A stretch of DNA of 64,000 nucleotides from Sphyrna mokarran (taxonomy: Eukaryota), in assembly GCA_024679065.1 (NCBI GenBank), contig JAGIQG010000030.1:10726001-10790000 (forward strand). Direction: 5' to 3'. The notes under the pieces were generated by a model. It had not been told where the DNA came from and made no database searches. It saw only the letters and a program-made list of their open reading frames with translations. How positions within the stretch are numbered: the first letter of the stretch is position 1; each line of letters begins with the position of its first letter. The position numbers and the translations under genes are program-made. This document shows, in pieces, positions 13,385 to 27,025 of this stretch.

Positions 13385-13810
13385 CACTAAGACAATAAGA
13401 TGTAGGAACAGAAATGAGTCATTCAGCTCTTTGTATCTGCTCTGCCATTCAATGAGGTCATGACTGATCTGATATGATCATCTTTAACTCCACTTCCTGC
13501 CTTATCCCCATAACCTTTAATTCCTTCACTCATTAAAAGTCTGCCTGTCTCAGCCTCAAACATAATGATCCAACCTTTACAGCTCTTTGTGGGAAAGAAT
13601 TCCACAGATTTTCTCCATCTGAGAGAAGAAATTCCTCCTCATCTTGACATTAAAGGGGCAATGCCTTACTCTGAGATTATGTCCTCAAGTCCTACCTCCC
13701 CCAAAAGGAGAAACAACCTCTTGGCATCTACCCTGAAAATCCTACCTATCTCAATAATATCGCCTCTCACCAATAAATACAGGCCCAACCTACTCAACCT
13801 GTCTTCTGAG
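13385..13810 (-). mobile_element. CR1 3' fragment (resumes ~15635-15705 after the Rex1 insertion)
   Basis: Minus-strand SEDRLSRLGLYLLVRGDIIEIGRIFRVDAKRLFLLLGE and a CR1 3' UTR. Confidence 0.8.
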
Positions 13811-13811
13811 G

Positions 13812-15615
13812 AGGAAACTATGGGTGAACATCTACAGCTGACTAATGTCAGACCTGAGGCATTCAAGTTGGGTGACCCTGACCTATACAAGAAATCCTGA
13901 TACGATCTAAGGAGAACCATCAAAGAAGCCAAGACACAGTACTGGAGAAAGCTAGGATCTCTGGCTAGCCACACAAACAACCTCCAATTATGGCAAGGTC
14001 TACATGACATAAGAGACTAGAAGGTGAAGATGTGTACCATTGGCAGCTACATCGCACACCTCCACAACGAGTTCTATGCCTTTTTTGAGCATGAGATCAG
14101 CAAGAGGACGTCATCCAACTCAGAAACCTTCATCTGACACCACCTTCAGAGATATCAGATGGGCTTTCTTGAAAATTAACCCATTGGAAAGCGATGGATG
14201 CCTGGACGGATCAGCTGGCGGGAGTATTCATAGACATCTGTAAGCTCTCCTTACAACAATCTGAGGTGCCTATCTGCTTGAAGAAGATGACAATTATTCC
14301 TGTATCAAAAAACAGGCAGACAACATGTTTTAGTGACTATTGTCTAGTGGATCTGACACCCATAATTATGAAGTGTTGTGAAAGGTTAGTCGTGGCATGG
14401 ATCAATTTTATCTCTCAGACTGCCTGGATTCACTACACTTCACCTATCACTGCAACAGGTCCACAGCAGACTCCATCTCTCTGGCCTTACACTCAACTCT
14501 GGAACACCTGGGTAACAAGGACACCCTTGTCAGGTTTCTATTTATTGACTACACCTCAGCCTTCAACACAACTATTCCTCCAAAACTCATCCCCAAACTC
14601 CATGGCCTGGGGTTCTGCACATCCCTCTGTAACTGGATCCTGAACTTCCTAACTCACTGGCCATAAGCAATAAGGATAAGTAACAACACCTCCTCTACAA
14701 TTATCCTCAACAGCCATTCCCACAAGGCTGTGTCCTCTGCCCTGTAGGATTCTCCTTATACACCTATGATTGTGTGGCCAAATTCTGCTCCAACTTCATT
14801 TTCGAGTTTGCTCATGACAGCACTGTAGTGGGTCAGATCGCAAACAATGAAGAGATAGAATATAGAAAAGAAGGAGAGAATTTGATGAACTGGTGTGACA
14901 ACAATAATCTCTCCCTTAATGTCAGTAAAACAAAGGAGATAGTCATTGACTGCAGGAAGGATAATAGAGGACATGCCCCTTTCTACATTAATAGTGATAA
15001 AATGAAAACAGTCGAGAGCTTCAAGTTTCTAGGGATCCAGATCACCACCAACATGTCCTGGCCCCGCCACACAGATGCTATCGTGAAGAAAGCCCACATA
15101 TTCCTTTACTTTCTCTGAGGGCTAAGGAAATTTGGCATGTTTGCTACAACTCTTATCAATTTTTACAGATGCACCATAGAAAGCATTCTTTCCAGTTATA
15201 TTACAGCTTGGGTATGGCTCCTGCTCTGCCCAAGACTGCAAGGAAATACAAAGGGTAGCCCAGGCCATCACTCAAACCAGTCTCCCATCTATTGACGCCA
15301 TTTACACTTCCAGCTGCCTTGGAAAAGGAACCAGCATAATCAAGGACCCCATGCATTCTGGACATTCTCTCTTCCACCTTCTTCAAGAAAGTGATATAAA
15401 AATCTGAGATCATATACCAACTGACTCAAGAACAGTTTCTTCCCTGCTGGACCTACCATTTATTAAGCTGTCCTTTCTCTATACAGCATTATATTTTACA
15501 TGCTCTCTTTTCCTTCTCCCATGTGTACTCTATGAATGGTATGTTTTGCCTGCAAAGTGCACAAGAAACAATACTTTTCACTGTATCTCAACACATGTGG
15601 CAATAATAAATCAAA
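13812..15615 (+). mobile_element. Rex1/Babar-type LINE, 5'-truncated and decayed
   Basis: RT motifs [45 protein letters not shown]...[45 protein letters not shown]; 3' end TTTTCACTGTATCTCAACACATGTGGCAATAATAAATC. Confidence 0.88.
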
Positions 15616-17559
15616 AAGAAAATCGCTACATTTCAGGGATAACTTGGCGAAACTTCTCTGGACTCCCTCCAATCCCAGTATGTCTTTAAGGGGAGCAAAA
15701 CTATTTTCAGGTGTTTTCCTTACAGGAGTCCATTTGGTCCATTGAGTTACCCAGATCCTGTTTCCAAAACCTCACATATTTACCCTGCTAATCCCCTGAC
15801 ACAAGGAACAATTTAGCATGGCTAATCAACCCAACCCGCACATCTTTGGTTTGTGGGAGAACACCAAGCACCCAGAGGAAACCCACACAGACATGGAGAG
15901 AATGTGTGAACTCCATACAGACAGTGAACATGAGGCCAGAATTTAACCTGGATCCCTGGTGCTGTTACCACATTTATATTCAAAAAACTCGTACTTACTT
16001 GGCACTTTCCCTACCTTTGTATCTCCCAAAGAGCTTTACAACCGGCAGTTCATCTTTGAGGAGCCGTCATCGTTGCCAGGCTTGGCAGTCAATCTTTACG
16101 CATCATGATCCCACATACAGAATGTGAATGGATGTCCAAATGAGCTTTTTTATTTGGTGGAGTTGGCTGAGGAAAGGTTAATGATCAGGCCATTGGGAGA
16201 ACATTGAATAGAGTCAAGAGATCCATCTGGATATGCAAACAGTCTCAGGTTAACATATCAGCTGAAAGCTGGCACCTCCAAAGTTCTCTCCACGCCACAC
16301 AGAGATGTCAGCCTAGATTAGATGCTTAAGGTTGCTGACACAGCCTGCTGACTCAAAGGCGAATTTGCCAAGATAACAAAGACTACACCATTGCACAAAG
16401 TGAACAAACCTCTTTTTTTCCACTGGTTTTCTCCCCTCTAGACCTATGGACAACAACTCATTCCCAGTATTATTTCAGTCCCTCGGCAAAGTGGTCACAG
16501 TGTGGCCTGTGATTCTCAACGTTGATAGTGTCTCAGGGACGAGGAACATGTAGAGTGTCGCTCCAAGCCAGTTAGCTCAGCATTGCTGAGGCCAATTCCA
16601 ACATCCCAATCTCCAACTGGGCCGTGACCCTGAGATGTGGCACAAGATTGGGAATCAAACCTGGGACCCACCAGGAATGGGGGAAACGGTGGGGAGAGCT
16701 GCAGCCTTTGTTAGCAAACAATTTCTGCAGAAAAGGCTTGGCTCTTTCTCAAATTCTTGAGGAAACATTATCACAAAGTGTGCAGAAAGACGTTTTAATA
16801 ACCTCATACGCTGCCCAAGTGTGCTACCAGGTCCAGTAGCATCTTGTCAGAACCCGAACCCATTAAAAGGTGTTGTCACCGAGAACCCTCAGAAATTAGA
16901 AGTGTTCAGTTAACGCCGATGTTAAAGTGAGCTACATACTTGGCATTTCTCTTTCTCTCAGGCCCGTGTAACAAACTCTTGGCGTTTTTCCAAAACCTCC
17001 ACAGAATGCTGGTTCCACATCTGCATGTATTTATTTTAAATGTGAAAATGTTACAGTTCTGAAAGTGTCCCCTGATGATTCGGTGAGCGGCTAAGGAATG
17101 GTTCAGTCACAAGGCTCTAGTGAATTAGGTGGGTCTAAGACGGGGGGGGCAGTGTTAGGAAAACAAGCATTTACACCACGTCAGAGAGTAGGGAAAAAAA
17201 ATCAAGCATGTCTTCCATTGTTTTTTGTTGTTCTCTGTTTCTTATTCCCTCTTTCGCTCCCTGTCTGTTTTTCTCTCCCTCTTTTTCACAATGTCCTCAC
17301 CATAGTCACTCTCTCTCTCTTTTCCATCTCATTCTGACACCAAACACATGGCTCAGCCCCATTTCCTCTGCTCCATAGAACACGGACAGGATGAGGCCAA
17401 GTTTAGGGCAGTCCCGATGGAGATATTCCAGGCAACGCAGACCTGATAGAGACCTTGTAAAGACAGTGGGCCAGAGATTCCTATTGCCTGGTCCTGTCTA
17501 AGCTGGCTTTATTGGGTGCGGTGAGGGAGTTGCAGTGGACATGTGATTTCGAGCAATAC

Positions 17560-17812
17560 TTCATAGTGCCAGGGACCCTGGTTCAATTCCAGGCTTGGGT
17601 CACTGTCTGTGTGGAGTTTGCATGTTCTCCCTGTGTCTATATGGGTTTCCTCCCACAATCTGAAAGACGTGCTAGTTAGATGCATTGGCCATTCTAAATT
17701 CTCCTTCAGTGTACCCAAATAGGTGCCGAAGTGTGGCGACTAGGAGATTTTTCACAGTAACTTCATTGCAGTGTTAATGGAAGACTATTTGTAACACTAA
17801 TAAATAACTTTA
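17560..17812 (+). mobile_element. HE1-like SINE, tail B
   Basis: B-box, V-domain and tail ending ACTAATAAATAACTT. Confidence 0.85.
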
Positions 17813-18688
17813 AAAAAATGTTGTCCTTGACCAAATCTCAAGGTCAGGGTAATTTGCATGGGTGGGGAGTGGCAAATGGGCATATTTATCTTTACTGGTG
17901 TTACTGGAAAGTCCACACTGGGGTGAGAGAGTCAGCATTTCAGAGCCACAGGAGCACTATTCCAGTGCATCATGACTGGCATATTTAGCACAGGGGCAGA
18001 GGTGAGGAAAACAGAGTCACTTCCGAGAGGATGGCAGGCAGCTTGTTTCAACAACTCGGAACATGGCTATGGGGAGGGGGCGGGGGGGCCAATGCAAAAG
18101 GCAGCTAGCACCACGTGGCAGAATTAAACGCTGTTGTAAATGGAATAGTGACCAATGACTCTGCCACTAACTGCTGCCCCTCACCCACCAGGTCAGCTCG
18201 ATCACTCCCACTATCGCCCACTGCTTCTCAGCTCACAGACCAAGGAAGGTCCCTACAAGCCAGTCACAGTTGGCTCGATCCATCACACTTCTCTATTTAT
18301 GGAACAGTTTATGCAACAATGATTTAACATAACATTAGGCCATTGTATTGCTGCCAATTTTTCCTTTAATCTCTTACTGTTTACACTTTGAAAGACTAAC
18401 TTCCACAAAAGCCAAGATGATCTCCTCACTTAACTAAATACATAAATCATAGAAAAAAAATAACATTTCATTTTGGTGTTTCCAATTTTGAAAACGAACG
18501 TTACAGATCTTATTGTAAAATTAGTTCCCAGCTCCAGTTTCCTCATAAACAGGAATATTCTTTCCTTGCATTCTTCACTTGAATCAGAATTTCCAACCCT
18601 TGTAATTTGATTCTATCCATTTCAGATGTATTTAAAATACAGAAGGTGTCAGCACTTCATGAAGGGTGCGGAGGAGATTTACCAGAAT

Positions 18689-19315
18689 GGGCGGCACACT
18701 GGCACAGTGGTTAGCACAGCTGCCTCACAGCACCAGGGACCTGGGTTTGATTCCTGGCTCAAGTCACTGTCTGTGCAGAGCCTGTACCTTCTCCCCATGT
18801 CTGAATCATAGAATCCCCTACGGTACAGAAGTAACTGTTCAGCCCTTTGAGTCTGCACCAATCACAACCCCACACAAGCCCTATTCTAAAACTCACACAT
18901 TTAACCTGCTAATTCCCCTGACACCAGGGTCAATTTAGTATGGCCAATCAACCTAACCAGCATGCCTTCCAGACTGTGGGAGAAAACCCAAGTACCCAGA
19001 GGAAACCCATGCAGGCAAGGGAAGAAAATGCAAACACCACACAGACAGTGACCCGAGGCTGAATTTGAACCCAGGGGTTACTGGAACAGCAGTGACCACT
19101 GAGTCACTGCACCACCCCGACTGCATGGGTTTCCTCTGGGTGCTCAAGTTTCTTCTCACAGTCTGAAAGACGTGCTGGTTAGGCGCATTGGCCGTGCCAA
19201 ATTCTCCCACAGTGTACCCAAACAGGCGCCAGAGTGTAGTGACTAGAGGATTTTCATGGTAACTTCATTGCAGTGTTAATGTAAGTCTTACTTGTGACAC
19301 TAATAAATAAACTTT
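18689..19315. mobile_element. Tail-A SINE (18804-19118, minus) nested in a tail-B SINE (18689-18803 plus 19120-19315, plus)
   Basis: The host breaks at CCCCATGTCTG and resumes CTGCATGGGTTTCCTCTGGG. Confidence 0.85.
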
Positions 19316-21074
19316 ATGCTAGGCTGTAAGGTGCAAAGCAGATTGAGTCGAGCAGGCAAGATAGAAATTGCGTCTGTGCTGTTGCAGCTCGGTTTTTAGT
19401 CATTGCCCATACACTGTAACTCAATCAGACTCAGCATGTGGCTCAGCGTAACGGCAGCTATCCCACTCCAGAGAGCTGGTCAGAGGTTAAATATCTTCAC
19501 AATGCTGATTCCGTTTCAGAATGAACTTTAACCCTGGTTTGTGGTGTAAACTGTGGATCAATGTCACTAACTGATTGTAGGGTGGGATTGTGGATGGGAG
19601 GGGGTGGTGAAGAAAAGGCAGGTAGAGGTTGTTGTTGAAAGAGAAAACATCTGAGGCAGGGAGATTCGAAAAATATAGAAAATATACGCTAGCGTGGGGG
19701 AATCAGAGGGAGTGAGAGGCAGAGGAGGGGGGGGGGGGGGGAGCGAAATGATGGAAAGTGAAAACGTCTCCCAGAAAGACATGATTTGCGAGAGAAAGAG
19801 TGTGTACAAGAAAGTATGTGATAGAAACAGGTCGAGAGTTGTATATGTGTGAATTTTAAATGGTCCCAGGGAAACTGTGAGCGAGTGTGATAGGAAGAGA
19901 GAAAGTGCGTAGGACAGAAACCCAGGGAGCCTCAAATAGTGTATTGATGGAAGGAGAGAAAAATATCCGTGAGAGAGAGAGATATAGCCTGCTTCCTGAA
20001 GTCACTGCTGTTGACACTGAGAAGATGGTTTCTAATCGGAGCCAATGTGGCAGGTTTACTTTGGCCAAATGAGCTTAAATGCTGGAAGCATTCAGCATAT
20101 CAGGGGGGCAGGAGTGGGGAGAACAGACAAGGGGCGATGGTTCAGGCATGGGCCCTTGAGAAAGGTTAATGAAGGGCGGGATTCAGCAGCTCAAACACAG
20201 GATGTAAACCAGCATAAAAGCAGCCTAAATGCCAGAGATTCGCTGGCCCCTGGTCGCTTGGACTGGGCAGGTCTGCATCAAACTGGCTGAAACCAGTTTG
20301 TTGTAAGCTTCAGGGACAATGGGAGCTGGGCAACACCCTGTGACTTAGCAAATCTTCAGGGACATTGGTTAACCCTTCCCCTCCTGCAGATCTGCAAACC
20401 ATCATAATGACAGAAATGAAATATGGAGCTGGAGTTAGTGGGAAATGGATTAGGATTTAATCGGCCCAGTTCCCTGCCAAAGGGCAGATCCACTCCACAT
20501 TTTTCCACATCTCCGGTATTGTACTTCCCTCTTCAGTTGCTGGAGCATTGGAGGATTCAATGAGCACTGGAGGAAAGGAATTCAGGCGGTTTCCCGCGTC
20601 GCCTCCTTCATGTCCCACTTATTGAGTAATCAATAATCATAAAAATCCTACAGCACAGAAGGAGGCCATACAGCCCATCGAGTCTGTACTGATCACAATC
20701 CCATCCAGGTTCTATTCCCATAACCGCTTGCATTTATATTTGCTAATCCCCCGACACCAAGGAGCAATTCAACAATTTCACTTGAAGGAAACGTAAGTCC
20801 ATCAGTAACAATTGTGGTCCCTCAAGTTTAGATCTCTTCTACCATCGCTGACTGCCATTGGCCATGGCTCTTAACACTGGGCATCAGACCCTCATCTGGG
20901 CTGAGGGGGGAAGGGGGTGATGGGGTGACTCGCAAAAGGGCAGGGCGAGCACAATTTGAGGTCTTAAAACACACTGTCTCAAACTCAGCCTCAAAACTGA
21001 GTTAGACATAAAGAATGTAACCCCATTAAACCTGTCAGTGGAGGTAAAATTGGTCATGGGTGGAAGTCAATAAT

Positions 21075-21360
21075 TACAGAATTCTACAGTGCAGAAACAG
21101 GCCATTCAGCCCATTTGCACAATCCCTCCCAACCCTATACCTGCATTTTCCCTCCTTGACACTAAGGGTTAATTTAGCATGGCCAATCCACTTAACTAGC
21201 ACATCTTTGGACTTTGGGAGGAAACCAGAGTACCCAGAGGAAACCCATGCAGACATGGGGAGAATGTGCACTCCCTACAGTGATAGTCACCCAAGGTTGG
21301 AATTGAACCCGGATTCCTGGCGCTATGAGGCAGCAGTGCTAACCACTGTACCATTGTGCC
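21075..21360 (-). mobile_element. HE1-like SINE, tail A
   Basis: Head, V-domain and tail all recognisable. Confidence 0.85.
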
Positions 21361-21804
21361 AGATGTGGTGATTTTGGATCAGCCACCTGTTTAACACATT
21401 GAAGCCAATGGAGAGAAAAGAAGGGTTGTGACTTGTGTGGAACGGACGTGGGTGAGGGGCGGGAGGTAAAAATTGGGCCTCAATTCCCTTTATTTATTTT
21501 GGGCTGTCATCAATTTCAATCTCCCTTATCCTCACAACAAGTCACTCATTCAGATCCTATGCTATCTGTATCCTACTCCACACTGTGTCTCATTCACACC
21601 TCACCCCTTCCCTCTCATTCTCACAGATCTCCGTTATTCCCAGACTCTCTGCGCTGCCAGCTTCTAATTCTTATTCCTTCTTTACAAGGCCCTAACTGCT
21701 TCCACCTATCTCTTCCCTCTTTTCTAGGCTGTCCCACAGTCTTTGGAGTCTGTCTGCCTCTGCCTCCTCTCTCTGTTCATCCTTTACTATTAGGGTTTCC
21801 ACCT

Positions 21805-22120
21805 AGAATCAGAATCCTACAGTGCAGAAGGAGGCCACTTGGCCTACTGAGTCTGCACTGACCACAATCCCACCCAGGCCCTATCCCCATAGCCCCATAT
21901 ATTTACCCTAACCAGTCCTCCTGACACTAAGGGGCAATTTAATACGGCCAATCCACCCAACCCGCACATTTTTGGACTGTGGGAAGAGCACCCAGAGGAA
22001 ATGCATGTAGACATGGGGAGAATGTGCAAACTCCACAACAGAGTGACCAAGCCAGGAATCAAACACAGGTCCTTAGCACTGTGAGGCAGCAGTGCTAACC
22101 ATTGTGTCATCATGCTGCCT
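21805..22120 (-). mobile_element. HE1-like SINE, tail A
   Basis: Full-length copy. Confidence 0.88.
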
Positions 22121-22379
22121 AAACTCAAACTCCACCATCTACCGTGATGGGATTCGAACTCAGGTCCTCAGAGCATTAGTTGAGTTTTCTCGATAACAAC
22201 CTATTGATAATACCACTAAGCCATCGCCTCCCTTACCTATCTTTCCCATACTCTCTGAAATTCTCTCTCCATGTTTGAATGTCTTTTCAAAACACACATT
22301 TTCAATCTCTATTCCTCTCTCTGCAGACTTGACTTTGGGAATTCCTGCACCAATAGCCTCTCAACTTGCTCTTCTTCCC

Positions 22380-22735
22380 CTTGTATTTAACACTGTCTTT
22401 ATCCAGCCTGTGGAAATCACCCTGCGTTCTTCCACCGTCCCTCTCTATCTCTCTAACCTCTTCCATCCCTACAACCCCAAGAGAACTCTGACCTTTCCTA
22501 TTCTGGCCTCTTGTGCATTCCCATTTCTCATCACATTCCAGTCACACAATCAACTGCAGCTCCAGAAGTGCCCCGCTAAATCTCTCCAATTCATCACTGC
22601 TCTCACCCCTTTTAAAATACTCCTGAAAACCCAGCTTTGTGAACACGCTGTGAATGTCCTGATTTCTCCTTATGTAGGTCAGCATTTGATAATACTCTAT
22701 GAAGTATCTAAGGATGCTTTATTATGGATAAGATG
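22380..22735 (+). mobile_element. Old L2-like LINE 3' fragment
   Basis: CCCTCTATCTCTCTAACCTCTTCCATCCCTACAACCCC..AGAACTCTG and TTTAAAATACTCCTGAAAACCCAGCT (YLSNLF.PY.P.RTL / FKILLKTQL). Confidence 0.55.
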
Positions 22736-23248
22736 TAACCCTGGTGGTAGAGGGGTGGGGGGCTATGGAGGAAGGGCAGGGAGGGTCTGTTGCCATTCTG
22801 CAGGCGATTGGTGGAGGGGAAGGGGACAGAGGGTCACAACTGATCTGCTAGCAGGGGGAGGGGGGGGTGCGGGTGGATAAGGAGGACAGTGAGATGGGGG
22901 CCATCTCTCGTGCTTTTCGCCACTTCCTCTGCTTTCTGCAGTCCGAGAGCGATCTGACACGGGCGCGCTTTTTCAAATTTTTTTCCTCATTATGAACACA
23001 CAGCTCAGAGCTCTGATCGTTTCGGCTGCACTGCGCCCTGCCCACAGCGCGATTCGGACCCGTGAATTTTTTTCCAGGCTAAGTGCAAATGGGAGCGCCT
23101 GAGAACAGTTCTTACAAGTCAGATCTGAATTGTGCCCAGATTCAGCACTTAGAATGAAAATGATAAAATCAGGCCTATTGTCTTTCCCAATAATGACAGC
23201 AACAATAATAAACATAAAGCAGTCTTGCCACTGTGTCTGCAATGCTAC

Positions 23249-24432
23249 TGGTGCAGGCAGTGTAAGCAGCAATCCAGTCTTGAGGCCCTGGGGGTATTTA
23301 TTCCATTAATATGTGACAGACCATTACAGTGTCAGCCTGTAATAGAACTGGGGCACCATCTAGTGGGTGTTTTGGGGAGTGCCTTCCCAACTCCTCCAGG
23401 AATCAACAGCAAAACCTGGCCTGCGTTGTTTCCAGATCCTTTAAACAAATCATTGATACAAGTTCCCCACATGCTGCTCATTGCTACATTTTCTTTTGTT
23501 TCCTCATGCTATCTTTCTCTTCCTCTCTCTCACCCGCCCTCCCCCTCCATTCTTACTCTCTCTAACCCCTTCTTTCTCATCGCTTTCTCACAGTCCCCTT
23601 CCTCACACCCACCTCTTCTTCACATTCCCCTTTCTCACTCCCATTCCTCACTCCTTCTCTTTCTCATCCCCTCTCTCTCTCATCATGGCACATTGCTTAG
23701 CACTGTTGCCTCATGGTGCCAGGGACTCAGGTTCAATTCTTGTCTTGGGTCACTCTCATTGTGGAGTCTGCATGTTCTCCCTGTGTCTGCATGGGTTTCC
23801 TCCAAGTGCTCTAGTTTCCTCCCACAGTCTGAAAGATGTGCTGATTACGTGCATTGACCATGCTAAATTCTCCCTCCGTGTACCCGAAGAGGCATCAGAA
23901 TGTGGCAATTAGGGTATTTTCACAGTAATTTCATTGCAGTGTTAATGTAAGCCTACTGTGACAATAACAAATAAACTTAAGCTTAAAAATGTCTCACTCC
24001 CCTCCTTCACACAGCCTCCCTCTCCCTCATGCCACCCCTCTCTGTCAGTCTCTCTTATTGACCCAGACATTGTAAAGATTATTAACTTACTCAGTAACAT
24101 TGCCCCCAAACAAGGGTTTGGTAAAACGTTACTGTTTTCAATGTTATTCAGACGTTCAGACTATAAGTCCCAGCTGCACTGCTGGATTGCAAAGTTACCT
24201 TCTCACACTTGCAGCTCAATCACCTCAAACCAGAGAAAGGAAAGGAAAATCAAACTCATGGCAAAAGATTTAAAATAAAACACCTGCTGCTATTGGGTAC
24301 TAATTTTAATGACTCGACTTCAAGTAGCTGAGGACACGAGAGTCTGACTGTGACTTTACTGTGGATGGCATTTTCCCATCCCACATGCCAGGATAATTGT
24401 AATGGAGAGACTTGAACCATGCAAAGATCATT
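23249..24432 (+). repeat. Copy 1 of a diverged local duplication (tail-B SINE inserted at 23685-23982)
   Basis: Shares blocks with 27026-28305, e.g. CCCTGGGGGTATTTATTCCATTAATATG, TTGATACAAGTTCCC, TTATTAACTTACTCA, CTCAAACCAGAGAAAGGAAAG and AACACCTGCTGCTATTGG. Confidence 0.92.
23351..23369 (-). promoter_or_regulatory. CTCF-like motif (CACCCACTAGATGGTGCCC)
   Basis: By-eye match to the CTCF core CCACYAGRKGGYGC. Confidence 0.55.
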
Positions 24433-24757
24433 GAATCATAGAACCCTACAGTGCAGAAAGAGGTCATTCAGCCCATCAGGTCTGCACCAACCACAATTCC
24501 ACTCACACCTTTTCCCCATAACCCCATGCATTTATATTAGCTAATCCACCTAACACTAAGGAGCAATTTAGCATAGCCAATCCTCCTAACCTGCACATCT
24601 TTGGACTGTGGGAGGAAACTGGAGCACGTGAAGGAAATCCATGCAAACATGGGGAGAATATACAAACTCTACACAGATGGTGACCAAAGCTGGGAATTGA
24701 ACCTGAATCCCTGGCGCAGTGAGGTAGCATTGCTAACCGCTGTGCCACTGTGACACC
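24433..24757 (-). mobile_element. HE1-like SINE (tail A) inserted in a MITE-like element (24365-24822)
   Basis: Flanked by AGATCATTGA / AGATCCGTTGA, which looks like a degenerate TSD. Confidence 0.85.
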
Positions 24758-27025
24758 CCAACAGATCCGTTGACCCCGGGTGAGATTTTCCATTCTTGGG
24801 GGGAGCGTGGCTGGAAAATCCCTCCCTTTGTCTCCGAGTGCATTAAGATGATAAATCAGAGCTCCCATTGGAAGAGGCATTAGCTATCAGCGAGACTTCC
24901 TACTTTTGATGAAGGTGGTCTGGCACTCTCACCTCTGAATCAGAAATTGTTCAGGTCCCATTCCTGGGTCTTGAGCACAAAATCTAAGCTAAATCTCCAA
25001 TGCAGTACTGAAGGAGTGCAGTACTGTCAATGGATGACATGTAAAGCTAAGACCCTGGTCGCCTTTTCAGATGAGTGAAAACAATCTTATGGTGCTACTC
25101 GGAGCAGAACTGATGAGTTCCCACCAGCACGCTGACCAATACTTAAATCTGACGGCAAAGGAGCATTCAGCGAAATGTCGGCACAGTCACCTAGTCGATA
25201 GCAGAAGAACTGAGGTCAAGGAACAGGACAGGAAGAGAAACAAAAAGGGTGCTGGGAGTTGCATTGCTGATTGGGGAGCACATCACAGTTGTGTTAAGGG
25301 AGGAGACATTGGAGATCTTGCACTGAGGCATTATCGTTGGAGCTCAGGACTAGGAAAACCGAAATCACGATATTAGGAGTGTACTATAGACCTCCCAACA
25401 GCCTACAGGAGACAGAGCAGCAGATGTGTAGTCAGATACTGGAAGGGTGTGAAAAAGCAAAATAGTTGTGGTGAGTAACTTTAACTTCCCCAATATTGAC
25501 TGGGCCTCTCTTAGACCCATGGGCTCGGATGGAGAGCAATTTGTTAGATGAGCTCAGGAGGGCTTTTTGTTACAGTATGTTGACAATCTAACCAGGGAGG
25601 AGCCCATACTAGACTTGATATTAAGGAGTGAGACAGGCCAAGTGATCAACATTTTGGGGGGTGACGGGTGCTTTTTAGGCTTAGTGATCTTAATTCTGTA
25701 AGATTTCCAGTGCTTGTGACTCAAGACAAGAGTGGCTCTCGTGTGAGGGTGCTGAATTGGGCAAGGACCAAATTAGACAGGAACAAGGGAATATAGTTTG
25801 GGAGCAACTATTTGAGAGCAAATCCACGTCTGACGTGTGGGAAGATTTTAAAGGTGAATCAATTGAAGTGCAGCACAGGCATGTCCCTGTAAAAATGGAT
25901 AAAAATAGCAAGATCCAGGGACCATGGAAGACAAGGGAAATTATAGACTTAGTCAGAAGGAAAAAGAAAGCATGCAATAAATAGGCATAGGACAATAAAT
26001 AGGCCTAGGCAACTAAAAGTTGACAAAACTCTTGAGGAACATAGTGAACGTATGAAGGAACTTAAACATAGAATTTAGAGACTAAAAGGGGCCACAAAAT
26101 GTCTTTAGCAAATAGGAGCAAGCACAATCCCAAAGCTTTTTATGCATTTATTAGGAGCAAGAAGGTAGCAAGAGAAAGAGTAGGCCCATTCAAGGACAAT
26201 GGAGGGAAGTTACATGTGGAGCCACAGGAAGTGGATGAAATCTTTAATGAATACATTGTATCAGTACCCACCAAAGAGAAGGACATGATGGATGTTGAGG
26301 TCAGGGATAGATGTGTGAATGCTCTAGAGAATGTAAGCATATTGAAAGGGCAAATGTTGAGTATCCTAAATTACGTTAAGGTGGACCAGTCCCAGGGATC
26401 AGATAAGATCTACTCCAGGTTACTGTGGGAGACAAGGGAAGAAATAGCTGGGGTTTAACAGATATCTTCATATCCTCTTTGTCCATAGGTAAGATTCCAG
26501 AGGACTGGAAATTGCCTGTGCTCCCTTGTTTTAGAAAGGAAGCAGGGATAATCCAAGAAATTATAAGCCGGTGAGCTTTTGGAGAAGGTACTTAGGGAGA
26601 AGATATATGAACATTTGGAGGAAAATGGACTAGTCAGTGATGAACAGCGTGGTTTTGGGAAGGTATTGTCTCACCAACTTGATTTTTGAAGTGGTGACAA
26701 AATTAATTGATGAAGGAAGGTCTGCGGATGTACTTTAAATGGACTTTAGTGAAGCATTTGACAAGGTCCCACATGGCAAGGTAGTACAAAAACTGAAATC
26801 ACATGAGATTCAGGGTGGGCTGGCAAGATGGATACAGAACTGGTTTGGTCATAGAAGATAGAGAGAAAAGGTGAAAGAGTGTTTTTCAGAATGGAAATCT
26901 GTAGCCAGTGGTATTCTTCAGGGACCAGTGCTGGAACCTCTGTTGTTCGTAGTATATATAAGTGATCTGGATAAAAATGTAGATGGTGTGATAAGTAAAT
27001 CTGTGAATGACACAAATTTTGTGTT

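Noticed and set aside
18727-18745. RE1/REST-like half site CAGCACCAGGGAC
   Set aside because: It is part of the SINE tRNA head consensus and lacks the right half of RE1.
22275-23912. 201-aa and 210-aa plus-strand ORFs
   Set aside because: They run through L2 remnant, pyrimidine-rich tract and SINE sequence, start at non-ATG codons and show no domain.
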